A stretch of DNA of 64,000 bases from an uncultured Christensenellaceae bacterium (lineage in GTDB: Bacteria > Bacillota > Clostridia > Christensenellales > UBA3700): contig CALWKR010000027.1 in NCBI GenBank assembly GCA_944381315.1, positions 16,353 to 80,352 on the forward strand, given 5' to 3'. Below are positions 46,106 to 55,961 of the stretch, in pieces. Every line of letters starts with the position of its first letter. The first letter of the stretch is position 1. The notes beneath the pieces are model-generated. The model saw nothing but the letters and a program-made list of their open reading frames with translations. It ran no database searches and was not told where the DNA came from. The translations under genes and the position numbers were made by a program.

Positions 46106-46134
46106 TTGACAGTTCTCTGCGGCTGTGTCACAAT
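46106..46134 (+). promoter_or_regulatory. Promoter of the MFS gene, near-leaderless
   Basis: TTGACA (46106-46111), 17-nt spacer, CACAAT (46129-46134). ATG 46144 lies 9 nt downstream with no SD. Confidence 0.5.
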
Positions 46135-46143
46135 ATTACCGCT

Positions 46144-47355
46144 ATGGCACGACTATCTTACAAGCACACGCTTGCCGCGTGTTTCATCGGTTACATCACA
46201 CAGGCGATAATCAACAATTTCGCGCCTTTGCTTTTCCTCACTTTTCAGACGGAGTTCGAGATCGGATTGGACAAGATAACCATGCTCGTCACGATCAACT
46301 TTTTGACTCAGTTGCTCGTCGACATGATCTCCGCCAAGGCTGTGGACAGGATAGGTTACAAGCCCAGCATAATCTTTGCGCACATATGCTGTGCCGTGGG
46401 ACTTGTCGGGCTTGCCGTATTCCCGTCGGCAGGCGATCCCTATGTCGGACTCGTCGTCGCCGTTGTCATCTATGCGATAGGCGGCGGCTTGATCGAGGTG
46501 TTGATCAGCCCCATCGCGCAGGCTTGCCCGACCGACGACAAGACGGGCGCGATGAGCCTGCTCCATTCCTTTTTCTGCTGGGGCAGCGCGGCCGTGATCC
46601 TGCTCTCGACTTTGATCTTGGCGGCAGTGGGACAGAGCAATTGGCGCTGGCTCTCGATCGCGTGGGCTGTCGTGCCTATCTTCAATGCGATCTACTTTGT
46701 GCTCGTCCCCGTCAACAAGCTGCCCGAAGAAGAGGGCGGAGTCAAGCTGACCAAGCTGCTCGGTTCGGGGATCTTTTGGCTGCTGCTGCTGATGATGGTA
46801 TGCTCGGGCGCGTCGGAACTTGCGATGAGCCAATGGGCGTCCGCGTTCGCGGAGAGCGGACTCGGCGTCTCCAAGGCGATGGGAGACCTGTTCGGCCCCT
46901 GCTTGTTCGCGGTGCTTATGGGCATTGCGCGCGTGCTGTATGCGCGCTTCGGCGCAAGGCTCAACGCTCCGATCACGATCGCGTGCAGCTGCGCTCTGTG
47001 CGTGATCTCCTATGTCCTCGCCGCGTTCGCGCCGATACCCGTCGTCGGACTCATCGGCTGCGCTCTATGCGGCTTTTCGGTCGGCATATTTTGGCCGGCG
47101 ACGTTCAGTCTCGGGATAGGGCGGCTGCCCAAAGGCGGCACCGCGCTCTTTGCGCTGCTTTCCCTTGCCGGCGACTTGGGTTGTACGGGCGGTCCCACTC
47201 TCGTCGGACTGATCTCCGACGCCGAGGGCGGCAGCCTTTCGAGCGGACTCGCTTTCGCCATGATCTTCCCGATACTGCTTGCGATATGTTCGTTCGTATT
47301 GCTTGCGATCTCGCGCAGAGAGAAAAAGCGTGCGCTCTCAGACGGTCTGAAATGA
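46144..47355 (+). CDS. MFS transporter
   Basis: Start at ATG 46144 (MARLSYKHTLAACFIGYITQAIINNFAPLLF...). About 12 TM helices. Confidence 0.85.
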   Translation: MARLSYKHTLAACFIGYITQAIINNFAPLLFLTFQTEFEIGLDKITMLVTINFLTQLLVDMISAKAVDRIGYKPSIIFAHICCAVGLVGLAVFPSAGDPYVGLVVAVVIYAIGGGLIEVLISPIAQACPTDDKTGAMSLLHSFFCWGSAAVILLSTLILAAVGQSNWRWLSIAWAVVPIFNAIYFVLVPVNKLPEEEGGVKLTKLLGSGIFWLLLLMMVCSGASELAMSQWASAFAESGLGVSKAMGDLFGPCLFAVLMGIARVLYARFGARLNAPITIACSCALCVISYVLAAFAPIPVVGLIGCALCGFSVGIFWPATFSLGIGRLPKGGTALFALLSLAGDLGCTGGPTLVGLISDAEGGSLSSGLAFAMIFPILLAICSFVLLAISRREKKRALSDGLK

Positions 47356-47385
47356 GTGAAAGTTCAGATGAATTGCCAAACAAAG

Positions 47386-47414
47386 AGCGGCGCTCCCGAT
47401 TCGGGAGCGCCGCT
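47386..47414. terminator. 13-bp hairpin between convergent genes (probable terminator)
   Basis: AGCGGCGCTCCCG (47386-47398) / CGGGAGCGCCGCT (47402-47414). The flanking U/A tracts are weak. Confidence 0.5.
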
Positions 47415-47445
47415 TCGATTTGCGCCTTTATCGACACGGACGCCA

Positions 47446-47946
47446 TTATTCTTTGACGTAGACGTGCTCTATCTCCGCGATGTACATATCGTGGAAGTCG
47501 CTGTTAGGATAGGCGTTTGCGACGACGCTTTTGTCGATGAAGCAGTCCTTGTCGATCGTCTGCCTGTACAGCTTGCGGCAGATCAGCGTCATCTGCGCTC
47601 TGTCAAAGACGGGCGCGCCGCCGCTGTTTTGGACTTTGAGTCCGCTGTGCGCGATCTTGTCCTCGTTGGCTCCCGACGCCTTGCCCATATAGCCGAGCAT
47701 GCCCCTTTCCTCTTCTCCGAAGAAGGAGAGCGAGAACACGGGTGCGGCGTCTATCAATTTTTTGGTGAATCGCTGCGGACGTATGAATACGAAGGCGACG
47801 GGCTTGTTCCACAACACGCCCATTCCTCCCCAAGACGCAGTCATCGCGTTGGTCCTCTCGCCGTCGATCGCTCCGACGAGCATCCATTGCTTGCCGATCG
47901 CGTCGAACACGTTTTTGTCGATCATTTCGGGTCTTATCTCTTTCAT
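47446..47946 (-). CDS. Flavin reductase-like (flavoredoxin) domain protein
   Basis: Start at ATG 47946, after GGAGGTGA. ...GERTNAMTASWGGMGVLWNKPVAFVFIRPQRFT.... Confidence 0.8.
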   Translation of the reverse strand: MKEIRPEMIDKNVFDAIGKQWMLVGAIDGERTNAMTASWGGMGVLWNKPVAFVFIRPQRFTKKLIDAAPVFSLSFFGEEERGMLGYMGKASGANEDKIAHSGLKVQNSGGAPVFDRAQMTLICRKLYRQTIDKDCFIDKSVVANAYPNSDFHDMYIAEIEHVYVKE

Positions 47947-48034
47947 GATTTCACCTCCGCCGATATTGTACCGCATCGCGGCACAAAAATCAAGGGCGCG
48001 GCATATACTTCAAGTACGGCGACAGGGGGTGAAT

Positions 48035-48646
48035 ATGAATATTATCGATCCAAAGAGCGCGTTCGTTTCGCAGAACGCGAAGATAGCCGACGACGCGACG
48101 ATATGTCCGTTTGTCAGCATAGAGGGCGAGTGCGAGATAGGCTCGGGCGCGGTGATAGGGCCGCACAGCGTCGTCAGAGACAGCGTTGTCGGCGCAGGCA
48201 CGCAGGTGATCTCGTCCGTGCTCGTCGGCGCAAAGATAGGGGAGCGCTGTACGGTGGGGCCGTTCGCGTATATGCGCGCCGGCAGCGCCGTGGGCAACGG
48301 CTGCCGCGTCGGGGACTTCGTCGAGATCAAGAACGCGACGATAGGCGACGGGACCAAGGTCGCGCATTTGACTTATGTCGGCGACTGCACGATAGGCAGA
48401 GATTGCAATGTGGGCTGCGGCGTCGTCTTCGTAAACTACGACGGCAGACAAAAGCATCGCTCCGTTGTCGGAGACAAGTGCTTCATCGGCAGCAATTGCA
48501 ATATTATCGCGCCCGTGTCGATAGGAAGCGAAAGTTACATAGCAGCAGGCACGACCGTGACGCAGTCGATCGAGGGCGGAGATCTTGTCGTAGGCAGATC
48601 GCATCAGGTCGTCAAACACGGCAGAGGGAGGGGGAGATATCAATGA
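48035..48646 (+). CDS. Stand-alone GlmU C-terminal-type acetyltransferase (left-handed beta-helix), lacking the uridylyltransferase domain
   Basis: 203 aa from ATG 48035, after GGGGG. ...VGPFAYMRAGSAVGNGCRVGDFVEIKNATIGDGTKVAHLTYVGDCTIGRDCNVGCGVVFVNYDGRQKH...IAAGTTVT... aligns by eye with the GlmU acetyltransferase half. No N-terminal LxxGxGTRM region is present. Confidence 0.8.
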   Translation: MNIIDPKSAFVSQNAKIADDATICPFVSIEGECEIGSGAVIGPHSVVRDSVVGAGTQVISSVLVGAKIGERCTVGPFAYMRAGSAVGNGCRVGDFVEIKNATIGDGTKVAHLTYVGDCTIGRDCNVGCGVVFVNYDGRQKHRSVVGDKCFIGSNCNIIAPVSIGSESYIAAGTTVTQSIEGGDLVVGRSHQVVKHGRGRGRYQ

Positions 48647-49920
48647 GATTCGGCACCGACGGGATAAGAGGCATCTATCCCGATCAACTCAATGAAAGTA
48701 CCGCGCGCGAGCTCGCCGCCGCAATGACGGCGGTGTGTCCCGGATGCGTCGCCGTCGTCGGCAGAGATACGCGCGTATCGGGAGAGACTTTGGCGCAAGC
48801 GGTTTGCGAGGGCTTGGCGCGGCGCGGCGGCATCGCCGTCGACGTCGGGATAATCCCGACCGCCGCAGTCGCCTATTTGACGGCGCGCTACGGCGCAGAC
48901 TTCGGAGTCGTCGTCAGCGCGTCGCACAATCCGCCCGAGTTCAACGGGCTGAAAGTCTTCCGCAATGGCGGATGCAAGCTGTCCGACGACGAGGAGAGGG
49001 CGATCGAGAACGCCGTCCCCTCCGATCGCGAAGTCAACGGCGGCAGAGTCATTCGCGCGCCGTTTGCCGCAGACGCCTATTGCGCGATGCTTTCGGACGG
49101 CAGAGATCTTCGCGGGATGCGCGTGCTTCTCGACTGCGCGCACGGTGCGGCTTGTACCGTCGCGGCGCGAGCGTTCGAGGCGGCGGGCGCGTCGGTGACG
49201 GCGAAGAATTCGAGTGCAAAAGGGGAGAAGATAAACGAAAACTGCGGCGCTCTTTATGCCCAACGCCTTGCCGCTGCCGCGGCAGACTATGACGTCGCGT
49301 TTGCTTTTGACGGCGACGCGGACAGAGTGATCGCGCTGCGCCCTGACGGCGCCGTAGTGAACGGCGATCACATCGTCGCGATACTCGCCGCCGATATGCA
49401 CAAAAGCGGACAGCTTGCGCACGATACGGCTGTCGGCACGATCATGACCAACACCGGTGTGGAACGCACGCTTGCGCGCAAAGGCGTCAGTCTTGTCCGC
49501 ACCGCAGTCGGGGATAAGTATGTCTTGCAGGCAATGATCGAAGGCGGCTATTGTCTGGGCGGAGAGCAGGCAGGGCACGTCATACTGTCCGACATCTTGC
49601 CGACAGGCGACGGGATCTTGACGGCGCTCAGCCTGTGCGGAGTGATGAAAAGGCGCGTCAAAACGCTGTTCGAACTCGACGACGCGCGCGATCTGCCGCA
49701 GTGCGAGCTCAATATTCCGATCGCACGAGAACGCGTTTTTGAGCCTAAATTCGTTGTTTTGTGTGACAAAATACGCGCCGCGCGTCCCGATTGCCGCATT
49801 GTCGTGCGCCCATCGGGGACGGAGCCCGTCGTGCGAATACTTGCCGAATGCGAGGACGCGGCGAGGGCTGCCGAGGCGGCGGAGGAGATAGCCGCGGCGC
49901 TCAGATCGGGCAAGGCATGA
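48643..49920 (+). CDS. glmM: Phosphoglucosamine mutase
   Basis: ATG 48643 overlaps the previous stop (ATGA). MRFGTDGIRG...VVVSASHNPPEFNGLK...FDGDADR.... This is only the C-terminal 425 aa of the 854-aa track ORF. Confidence 0.93.
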   Translation: MRFGTDGIRGIYPDQLNESTARELAAAMTAVCPGCVAVVGRDTRVSGETLAQAVCEGLARRGGIAVDVGIIPTAAVAYLTARYGADFGVVVSASHNPPEFNGLKVFRNGGCKLSDDEERAIENAVPSDREVNGGRVIRAPFAADAYCAMLSDGRDLRGMRVLLDCAHGAACTVAARAFEAAGASVTAKNSSAKGEKINENCGALYAQRLAAAAADYDVAFAFDGDADRVIALRPDGAVVNGDHIVAILAADMHKSGQLAHDTAVGTIMTNTGVERTLARKGVSLVRTAVGDKYVLQAMIEGGYCLGGEQAGHVILSDILPTGDGILTALSLCGVMKRRVKTLFELDDARDLPQCELNIPIARERVFEPKFVVLCDKIRAARPDCRIVVRPSGTEPVVRILAECEDAARAAEAAEEIAAALRSGKA

Positions 49921-50326
49921 CGTCAAGCCTTGGCGGCGCGGCACACGGCAGATACATAATTGATGAGGTTACAATCGCGCGCCTGCACACGCCTATATAG
50001 AGGTGCGCGCGAGCTCATCTTTTTTGCGTTCTGCGGAGCTTGGAGCGCGGTGCAGAGTTAGGCATTGATTGTTCAACAAATAGGAAAATTATGGACAAAA
50101 CGGTTGTGGCTAATTTTTCGAAATTCATTCTCGGATCAAGTCGCAATGTGGCTAAATTAATTTTATATTTCACGATTTGGGCGAAATTATACGTTTTGGA
50201 GTGAAATTTTACATATTTTTTACATAAAAGTATTGCTAATGCCTCGGATTGGTGGTATGATGTAATAGAAGAACTATACGGGCACTCGTGCGCGTATAGA
50301 ACAAAAATCTTTTGGAGGAAAAGGTT

Positions 50327-53278
50327 ATGAGGAAGAACAAGCTTCTGCTTTGCGTAGTCGTCGCTCTCGTGCTGACTATGCTCACGGCGATGTTTGTTGG
50401 CTGCAATGACGACGGCTCCAAGACCGTGGTCACGCCTCCCGATCCCGACAAGACGATCGACGGCGGCAGCAATACCGAAGACGGAGGCGGCGACTCCACC
50501 ACCGGCGGAGGTATAGTTATCAACAACGGCAACGGAGGTACCGCAGACGGTTCCACCGTGTTGCTCAACGGTGTTTCTGCACAGACCAGCTTCCAGGTCA
50601 CAGCGAAAGGCAAGGGCGATGTCCAAGTCTTCAACGGCTCCAGCCTTGTCCAAGGCTATCAAGTCGTCGCTGCCGCCGAAGAAGACGGTCTGTTTTTCGT
50701 CAACGCACCCACTGCGGGATGGCCGTCCGGCAGCAAGCTGACGCTCAAGCTTTACAACGGCGCCAAGCTCGTTGACTATCCCGACGCTTCCGAGTTGGTG
50801 TTCACCGTCGCGAGACCGGCTGTGTCCGACGTGCAGATGATCGACGGCATCAGAGTGTTCGACGCTTCTGCGCAGGAAATCAACGTCAACGTCACCAATA
50901 CCGATCAATACGGCGATACTTACGGCAGCGTTGCCTTCAACGGCGGCATGACCAAGGGCTTCGAGAAGGACGAGATCTTCATCATCCAAGAGGCCGACGG
51001 CACTCAGGCTGCGTTCAAGGCTCTTGCGGATGCCGATCCGACCACGGGCGGCGTGGTGCTTGTCAACTTCGTCAAGCCCGATCTGTCCGAAGTCTTCGAC
51101 AATTTCAACTACAACGAGACGACGGTGCTCGACGCCGATTCCGAGATCGTTGTGGAAGAGAATGTTGAGGCTCAGCTCCAAGACAGCGAGCTGAATATGG
51201 CGATCGTCTCCATGTTCCAAGCCAGCCCGACATTTGACGTCAACGTCGAGATGGTCGGCGACAAGCTCGTCGCGACGATCACCGTGACCGTGCCCGACGT
51301 GCTCGTCATCGAGGGCGGACTCAGATCCGACCTTGTGCTCACGCTCACCAACGAGCTGGGCGTCGCGCTGACCGCGGACATCAACAAGGATACTTTCACC
51401 GAGTATTTCAACGTCTATGCCGACATCACCAATGACATGACCGCGACCGTTTCGCTCGGCGCCAATGTCAACATCAACGAAGTCCGCAACGTGCAGGAGC
51501 TGTTCGAAAAGCTCTATACTCTCGCCAACGATTCGCAGGAGAACCCGACCGCGATCAAGCTGTTCAAGTGGACGCTTCCGATCGCCAACGGCGTTGCGAG
51601 CATCAGCTATGACGCAGATCTCGTGTTTGCGTTCAACTTCTCCGGATCCATCGATCTTCAAGCTCACGCAAATCTCGACTACCAAGTCGGCGTCGCTTAC
51701 GACAAGGATTCCGGTCTTGACGCCTATGCGACCGAGGGAGAGGACAACGGCTTCGATACCCTCGGCATCTCGATGAAGGGCTCTGCAGAGCTCAAAGTCG
51801 GCGTCGCGCAGGAGATCTCCTTCGACATCCTCGCCGGCGTGCTCGGCGTGGGCTTGCAGGCAGAACTCGGCAACTACAACAGAGTTTACGGCTACGGCGA
51901 ATCTACCAACTTGATCAATGACCAAGAAGATGCGTTCAACGGCGGCGTTTACTTCTGCGGCGGCTTCTACTATGACGTCAACTTGACCTATGGTCTCAAG
52001 CTCGGCAGCTTGCTCAACCTCGATGACAAGGCCGATATCGCCGCAGGCGAGATCCAGCTCTATGAGGCAGGCGACAGATATGTCGAGGTCGGACTTGTCC
52101 AGAGCGTCGATACCGTCGAGCTCACTTCCAGACAATCTCTCGTCCCGAGCGTCTACTTCGCAGAAGTCTATGACCTCGTGACCGGCACCGTGACCAACGA
52201 GCCGATCGACGCGTCCGAACTCGTCTTTGTCGGCGCGGACGGCAAGCTCGCGTTCACCGGCAATGTCGTCGAAGCTCTCGTCAACGAGATCAACGACACC
52301 GTCACCGTCCAATACAAAGACTTCGACGCCGTGACTACGACCTATCTGTTCTCGACTGCCAAGCCGATGCTTGACGTCAACAATACGACCGTAGACAAGG
52401 CGCAGGGCATCGTCGACAAGACCGTCACGATCACCTACAGCGGCATCGCTGCCGAGGACGTCACCGTTCAAGGACTTGACAGCGCGGCTTATTCCGTCAC
52501 CGTAGACGGAGATGAAGCGACCGTCGTTCTCGACGGCAAAGAGCTGCTCAAGCTCGCCGAGGGCGTCCACAACGTCACCTTCGTCGTAGACGGCTATGAG
52601 CTCGGCTACACGATCGACGTCAACGGCAAGGTCGGACTTTATGACTTCAAGAGCTCCGATAAAGTCTATGAGATCTTCACCGCCGACCAAGTCATAGCGC
52701 TGCTTGAAGGCTCCGATTGTGCGGGCTACACCTTCGTCGTGACTTCCGACATCGATCTCGGCGGCGCAACAGTCGCTCCGCTCGCTCAATTCAAGGGCAC
52801 GATCGACGGCGGCGATCATACGATCTCCGGCTATGTCGTCAATTCGATGAACGGCAACAACGCCGCTCTGATCGCAGTCAACAACGGCACGATCATGAAC
52901 CTCGTCCTCGACGGTACCGTCAGCGTTGAGCTGAACGGCGAGACCGGTCAGGACTATGCGGTTGCAGGTCTTGCGGCTGTCAACAACGGCACGATCTCCG
53001 GCGTCACAGTCAAGGGCTCCGTCGCAGTTTCCTCCACGAGCCTCAACGCGTTCATCGACATCAACGTCGCGCTCGTCGCGGCTGTCGACAACAGCGACGC
53101 CACCGACGCGGATGCAGAGGGCAGCGTGGACGTCACCGTCTCGTTCGACTTGCTCAATGTGACCGTCAATGCCGGCGCTATCGACAGCGACACCGCAGAT
53201 GCAGACGTCTCGATCTCGGTCGAGTGCGTCAACGGCAGCTCCGATCCCATCTTCACCAAGGTAGCGATCGCAGACTGA
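50327..53278 (+). CDS. 983-aa surface lipoprotein with C-terminal GLUG-like beta-helix repeats
   Basis: ATG 50327, after GGAGG (MRKNKLLLCVVVALVLTMLTAMFVGC lipobox). A long Thr/Asp/Val-rich beta region follows. The C-terminus reads GYTFVVTSDIDLGGATVAPLAQFKGTIDGGDHTISG...NAALIAVNNGTIMNLVLDG...VAGLAAVNNGTISGVTVKG. Confidence 0.8.
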   Translation: MRKNKLLLCVVVALVLTMLTAMFVGCNDDGSKTVVTPPDPDKTIDGGSNTEDGGGDSTTGGGIVINNGNGGTADGSTVLLNGVSAQTSFQVTAKGKGDVQVFNGSSLVQGYQVVAAAEEDGLFFVNAPTAGWPSGSKLTLKLYNGAKLVDYPDASELVFTVARPAVSDVQMIDGIRVFDASAQEINVNVTNTDQYGDTYGSVAFNGGMTKGFEKDEIFIIQEADGTQAAFKALADADPTTGGVVLVNFVKPDLSEVFDNFNYNETTVLDADSEIVVEENVEAQLQDSELNMAIVSMFQASPTFDVNVEMVGDKLVATITVTVPDVLVIEGGLRSDLVLTLTNELGVALTADINKDTFTEYFNVYADITNDMTATVSLGANVNINEVRNVQELFEKLYTLANDSQENPTAIKLFKWTLPIANGVASISYDADLVFAFNFSGSIDLQAHANLDYQVGVAYDKDSGLDAYATEGEDNGFDTLGISMKGSAELKVGVAQEISFDILAGVLGVGLQAELGNYNRVYGYGESTNLINDQEDAFNGGVYFCGGFYYDVNLTYGLKLGSLLNLDDKADIAAGEIQLYEAGDRYVEVGLVQSVDTVELTSRQSLVPSVYFAEVYDLVTGTVTNEPIDASELVFVGADGKLAFTGNVVEALVNEINDTVTVQYKDFDAVTTTYLFSTAKPMLDVNNTTVDKAQGIVDKTVTITYSGIAAEDVTVQGLDSAAYSVTVDGDEATVVLDGKELLKLAEGVHNVTFVVDGYELGYTIDVNGKVGLYDFKSSDKVYEIFTADQVIALLEGSDCAGYTFVVTSDIDLGGATVAPLAQFKGTIDGGDHTISGYVVNSMNGNNAALIAVNNGTIMNLVLDGTVSVELNGETGQDYAVAGLAAVNNGTISGVTVKGSVAVSSTSLNAFIDINVALVAAVDNSDATDADAEGSVDVTVSFDLLNVTVNAGAIDSDTADADVSISVECVNGSSDPIFTKVAIAD

Positions 53279-53291
53279 ACTCAACGACAAG

Positions 53292-53317
53292 GGGACCGCG
53301 GAATGCGGTCCCTTTTT
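53292..53317 (+). terminator. Rho-independent terminator
   Basis: GGGACCGC / GCGGTCCC followed by T5. Confidence 0.85.
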
Positions 53318-53336
53318 CATGCAAAAAAATTAACGC

Positions 53337-53365
53337 TTGACCGCGTGCGCGCGACAGTTTATAAT
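53337..53365 (+). promoter_or_regulatory. Promoter of the lipase-like lipoprotein gene
   Basis: TTGACC (53337-53342), 17-nt spacer, TATAAT (53360-53365). It is preceded by AACGC, so AACGCTTGAC spans 53332-53341. Confidence 0.65.
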
Positions 53366-53384
53366 GAAATAAAGGAAGTAAACT

Positions 53385-54509
53385 ATGAAAAAGATCTCTG
53401 TTTTGACTGTCATGCTGCTCGCGGCGCTGCTCTCGCTGTCGCTGTTTGCGGCGTGCGACAACGGCAATGACGCTCCCACCGAATATCCCGTCAACACCGA
53501 CAACACCGAATACGGCTTGTGGTGGTACGGCCCCGACGGCAGCGAAGAGGGCGTAGTGCGCGCTTCGGCGACGCTGTCGAAGGAATATTACGATCCCTCC
53601 AAGCCGACGGTCGTCTATTCGCACGGCTGGAAGATAAACGGCGAGGACGAGTCGCTCTCGCCCGTTCAAGCGTCGCGGATATTGTCCAAAGAAGGGATAG
53701 ACATAAGCGGCGACAGCTATGTCAAGCAGCTCAAAGACGCCGGCTTCAACGTCGCGTATTTCAAGTGGAACGACTATGCGAGATGGCTGATGGGCAACCA
53801 AAACATGATCTGGCTCAAGTCCTTTGACGGGAGCGGCAACATCGTCGACGCAAAGGCGGAGATAGGAGACGTCTCGCTTGCCGGCGAATTTGCGCGCGAA
53901 TTCATCACGTCCATGCAGGACTACGAGGGCGGAGCGGTCTATTTCATCGGGCATTCGTTCGGCGCTCAAATGGTGACTGCGGCGGCATATACGCTCTACA
54001 ATATGCAGGACATGGGACTCATCGCCAACGATTCCATACTGCCCGAAAGACTGCTGCTCGCCGATCCCTATCTGCCGGGCGGATCTATGGGCTACTCACT
54101 GACGGGCACTCTCGATATCGTCGGCACCTACCTCAGCGGCAAGAACAATGCGCAGATGGTCGCCGAAGCGCTGCAATTCCTCGGCGGCAAGGGAGTCGCG
54201 ACGGATATGTATTGCGCAATGGCGATGGCATACAAGATGTACGGCAATGCGCCCGAGATAGACGAGATGCTCTACGCCAATGCCAACTACGTCGTCATGG
54301 ACGGATTGACGAGCACTTACGGCTCGGCCGGCGACGTCCACAACGTCGCGCGCGACTGGGTGCTGACCGCCTTCATCGCGAGCGTCAACGGGGAGTGGGG
54401 CGACGTCTATCCCGATCCGTCCGCAAGCGCGGCGGACAGCTCCGAGTTCGGCAAATATTCGATGACGGGAGGCTTTGACTTCTCAAAGGTCAAGATCGCC
54501 AAGGCATGA
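53385..54509 (+). CDS. Lipoprotein, alpha/beta-hydrolase lipase-like
   Basis: MKKISVLTVMLLAALLSLSLFAAC. PTVVYSHGW and the nucleophile elbow YFIGHSFGAQ (GHSxG). Confidence 0.75.
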   Translation: MKKISVLTVMLLAALLSLSLFAACDNGNDAPTEYPVNTDNTEYGLWWYGPDGSEEGVVRASATLSKEYYDPSKPTVVYSHGWKINGEDESLSPVQASRILSKEGIDISGDSYVKQLKDAGFNVAYFKWNDYARWLMGNQNMIWLKSFDGSGNIVDAKAEIGDVSLAGEFAREFITSMQDYEGGAVYFIGHSFGAQMVTAAAYTLYNMQDMGLIANDSILPERLLLADPYLPGGSMGYSLTGTLDIVGTYLSGKNNAQMVAEALQFLGGKGVATDMYCAMAMAYKMYGNAPEIDEMLYANANYVVMDGLTSTYGSAGDVHNVARDWVLTAFIASVNGEWGDVYPDPSASAADSSEFGKYSMTGGFDFSKVKIAKA

Positions 54510-54516
54510 ACACGAC

Positions 54517-54549
54517 CGAGGGACGCGACGCGTCCCTCGATACTTTTTG
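54517..54549 (+). terminator. Rho-independent terminator
   Basis: CGAGGGACG / CGTCCCTCG followed by T5 at 54545-54549. Confidence 0.85.
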
Positions 54550-54565
54550 CGCAAAGCGCGGCACA

Positions 54566-54666
54566 ATTGCATAAATATTGAAAAATATTCACAATTTCTG
54601 CATAATATTGAATATTTATTGAGCATATTCGCAAATTGTTTGAATATTTATGAAAATATGCGTTCA
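54566..54666 (+). promoter_or_regulatory. ARG-box cluster (ArgR/AhrC operator array)
   Basis: ATTGCATAAATATTGAAA, TTGAAAAATATTCACAAT, TCTGCATAATATTGAATA, TTGAATATTTATTGAGCA and TTTGAATATTTATGAAAA all resemble TNTGAATWWWWATTCANW. The cluster lies directly upstream of the arg promoter. Confidence 0.75.
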
Positions 54667-54671
54667 AACGC

Positions 54672-54700
54672 TTGCTTTTGCGCGCGCATTGTAATAATAT
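54672..54700 (+). promoter_or_regulatory. arg operon promoter
   Basis: TTGCTT (54672-54677), 17-nt spacer, TAATAT (54695-54700). Confidence 0.55.
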
Positions 54701-54731
54701 ATCAATATCAACTTTTACAAGAGGTACAAAA

Positions 54732-55961
54732 ATGGCTGACAACAAGATAAAGAAAGTCGTATTGGCATATTCGGGCGGCTTGGACACGTCCATCATCATC
54801 CCGTGGCTCAAAGAGAACTATGACGGCTGCGAGGTCATCGCCGTCGCAGGCAACGTCGGACAGGGCAAGGAGCTCAAGGGCCTTGAAGAAAAGGCGATCA
54901 AGACGGGCGCCAGCAAGCTCTATATCGCCGATCTGACCGACGAGTTCGTCGACGACTACGTCTTCCCCACGCTCAAAGCGGGCGCCGTCTATGAGGGCAA
55001 ATATTTGCTGGGCACCAGCTTTGCGCGCCCCGTCATCGCCAAGAAGATCGTCGAGATCGCGCTCAAAGAGGGCGCGGACGCGATCTGCCACGGCTGCACG
55101 GGCAAGGGCAACGACCAAGTGCGTTTCGAGCTGACGATCAAGGCGTTTGCGCCCAATATGAAGATCATCGCGCCGTGGCGTATTTGGGATCTCAAATCGC
55201 GTGACGAAGAGATCGACTACGCCGAGGCTCACAACGTCCCCCTCGCGATCAGCAGGGAGACCAATTACAGCAAGGACAAGAACTTGTGGCACCTCTCGCA
55301 CGAGGGCTTGGATCTCGAAGATCCCGCCAACGAGCCCGATTATGACAAGATCTTGGAGCTCGGAGTCAGCCCCGAGAAGGCGCCCGACGTGCCGACTTAT
55401 GTCACGATCTCGTTCGAGAAGGGCGTGCCCGTCGCCGTCGACGGCGTCAAGATGAAGGGCAGCGACATCGTTGCCAAACTCAACGAGCTTGGTGGAGCCA
55501 ACGGCATCGGCATCGTCGATATCGTCGAGAATCGTCTTGTCGGAATGAAGTCGCGCGGCGTCTATGAGACCCCCGGCGGCACCATCCTCTATCACGCTCA
55601 CGACGTCTTGGAGACTCTGTGCCTTGACAAGGAGACGATGCACTTCAAGCAGCACGTCGCCGTCAAGTTCGCAGATCTCGTCTACAATGGTCAGTGGTTC
55701 ACGCCGCTGCGCGAGGCGCTCTCCGCGTTCGTGGACAGCACCCAGCAGACCGTGACCGGCGACGTCAAGCTCAAGCTCTACAAGGGCAACATCATCAACG
55801 CCGGCGTCAAGTCCCCGTATTCGCTCTATGACGAGGACATCGCGACTTTTGCAGAGGACGACGTCTACGATCAAAAGGACAGCGCAGGCTTCATCAACCT
55901 GTTCGGATTGCCGATCAAGGTACAGGCGATGATGAAACAGCGCAACAAGGACAACAAATAA
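54732..55961 (+). CDS. argG: Argininosuccinate synthase
   Basis: [20 protein letters not shown]...[13 protein letters not shown].... Confidence 0.97.
   Translation: MADNKIKKVVLAYSGGLDTSIIIPWLKENYDGCEVIAVAGNVGQGKELKGLEEKAIKTGASKLYIADLTDEFVDDYVFPTLKAGAVYEGKYLLGTSFARPVIAKKIVEIALKEGADAICHGCTGKGNDQVRFELTIKAFAPNMKIIAPWRIWDLKSRDEEIDYAEAHNVPLAISRETNYSKDKNLWHLSHEGLDLEDPANEPDYDKILELGVSPEKAPDVPTYVTISFEKGVPVAVDGVKMKGSDIVAKLNELGGANGIGIVDIVENRLVGMKSRGVYETPGGTILYHAHDVLETLCLDKETMHFKQHVAVKFADLVYNGQWFTPLREALSAFVDSTQQTVTGDVKLKLYKGNIINAGVKSPYSLYDEDIATFAEDDVYDQKDSAGFINLFGLPIKVQAMMKQRNKDNK

Noticed and set aside
47356-48642. N-terminal 429 aa of the 854-aa ORF that ends as GlmM
   Set aside because: The upstream part is Arg-rich and overlaps the flavin-reductase gene and the GlmU-like gene in other frames. 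GlmM starts at ATG 48643 with MRFGTDGIRG.
50015-53320. 1101-aa minus-strand ORF opposite the GLUG lipoprotein gene
   Set aside because: The plus-strand frame has a lipoprotein signal, an SD, a promoter and a terminator. The minus frame is Asp/Val/Gly/Arg-rich with no start context.
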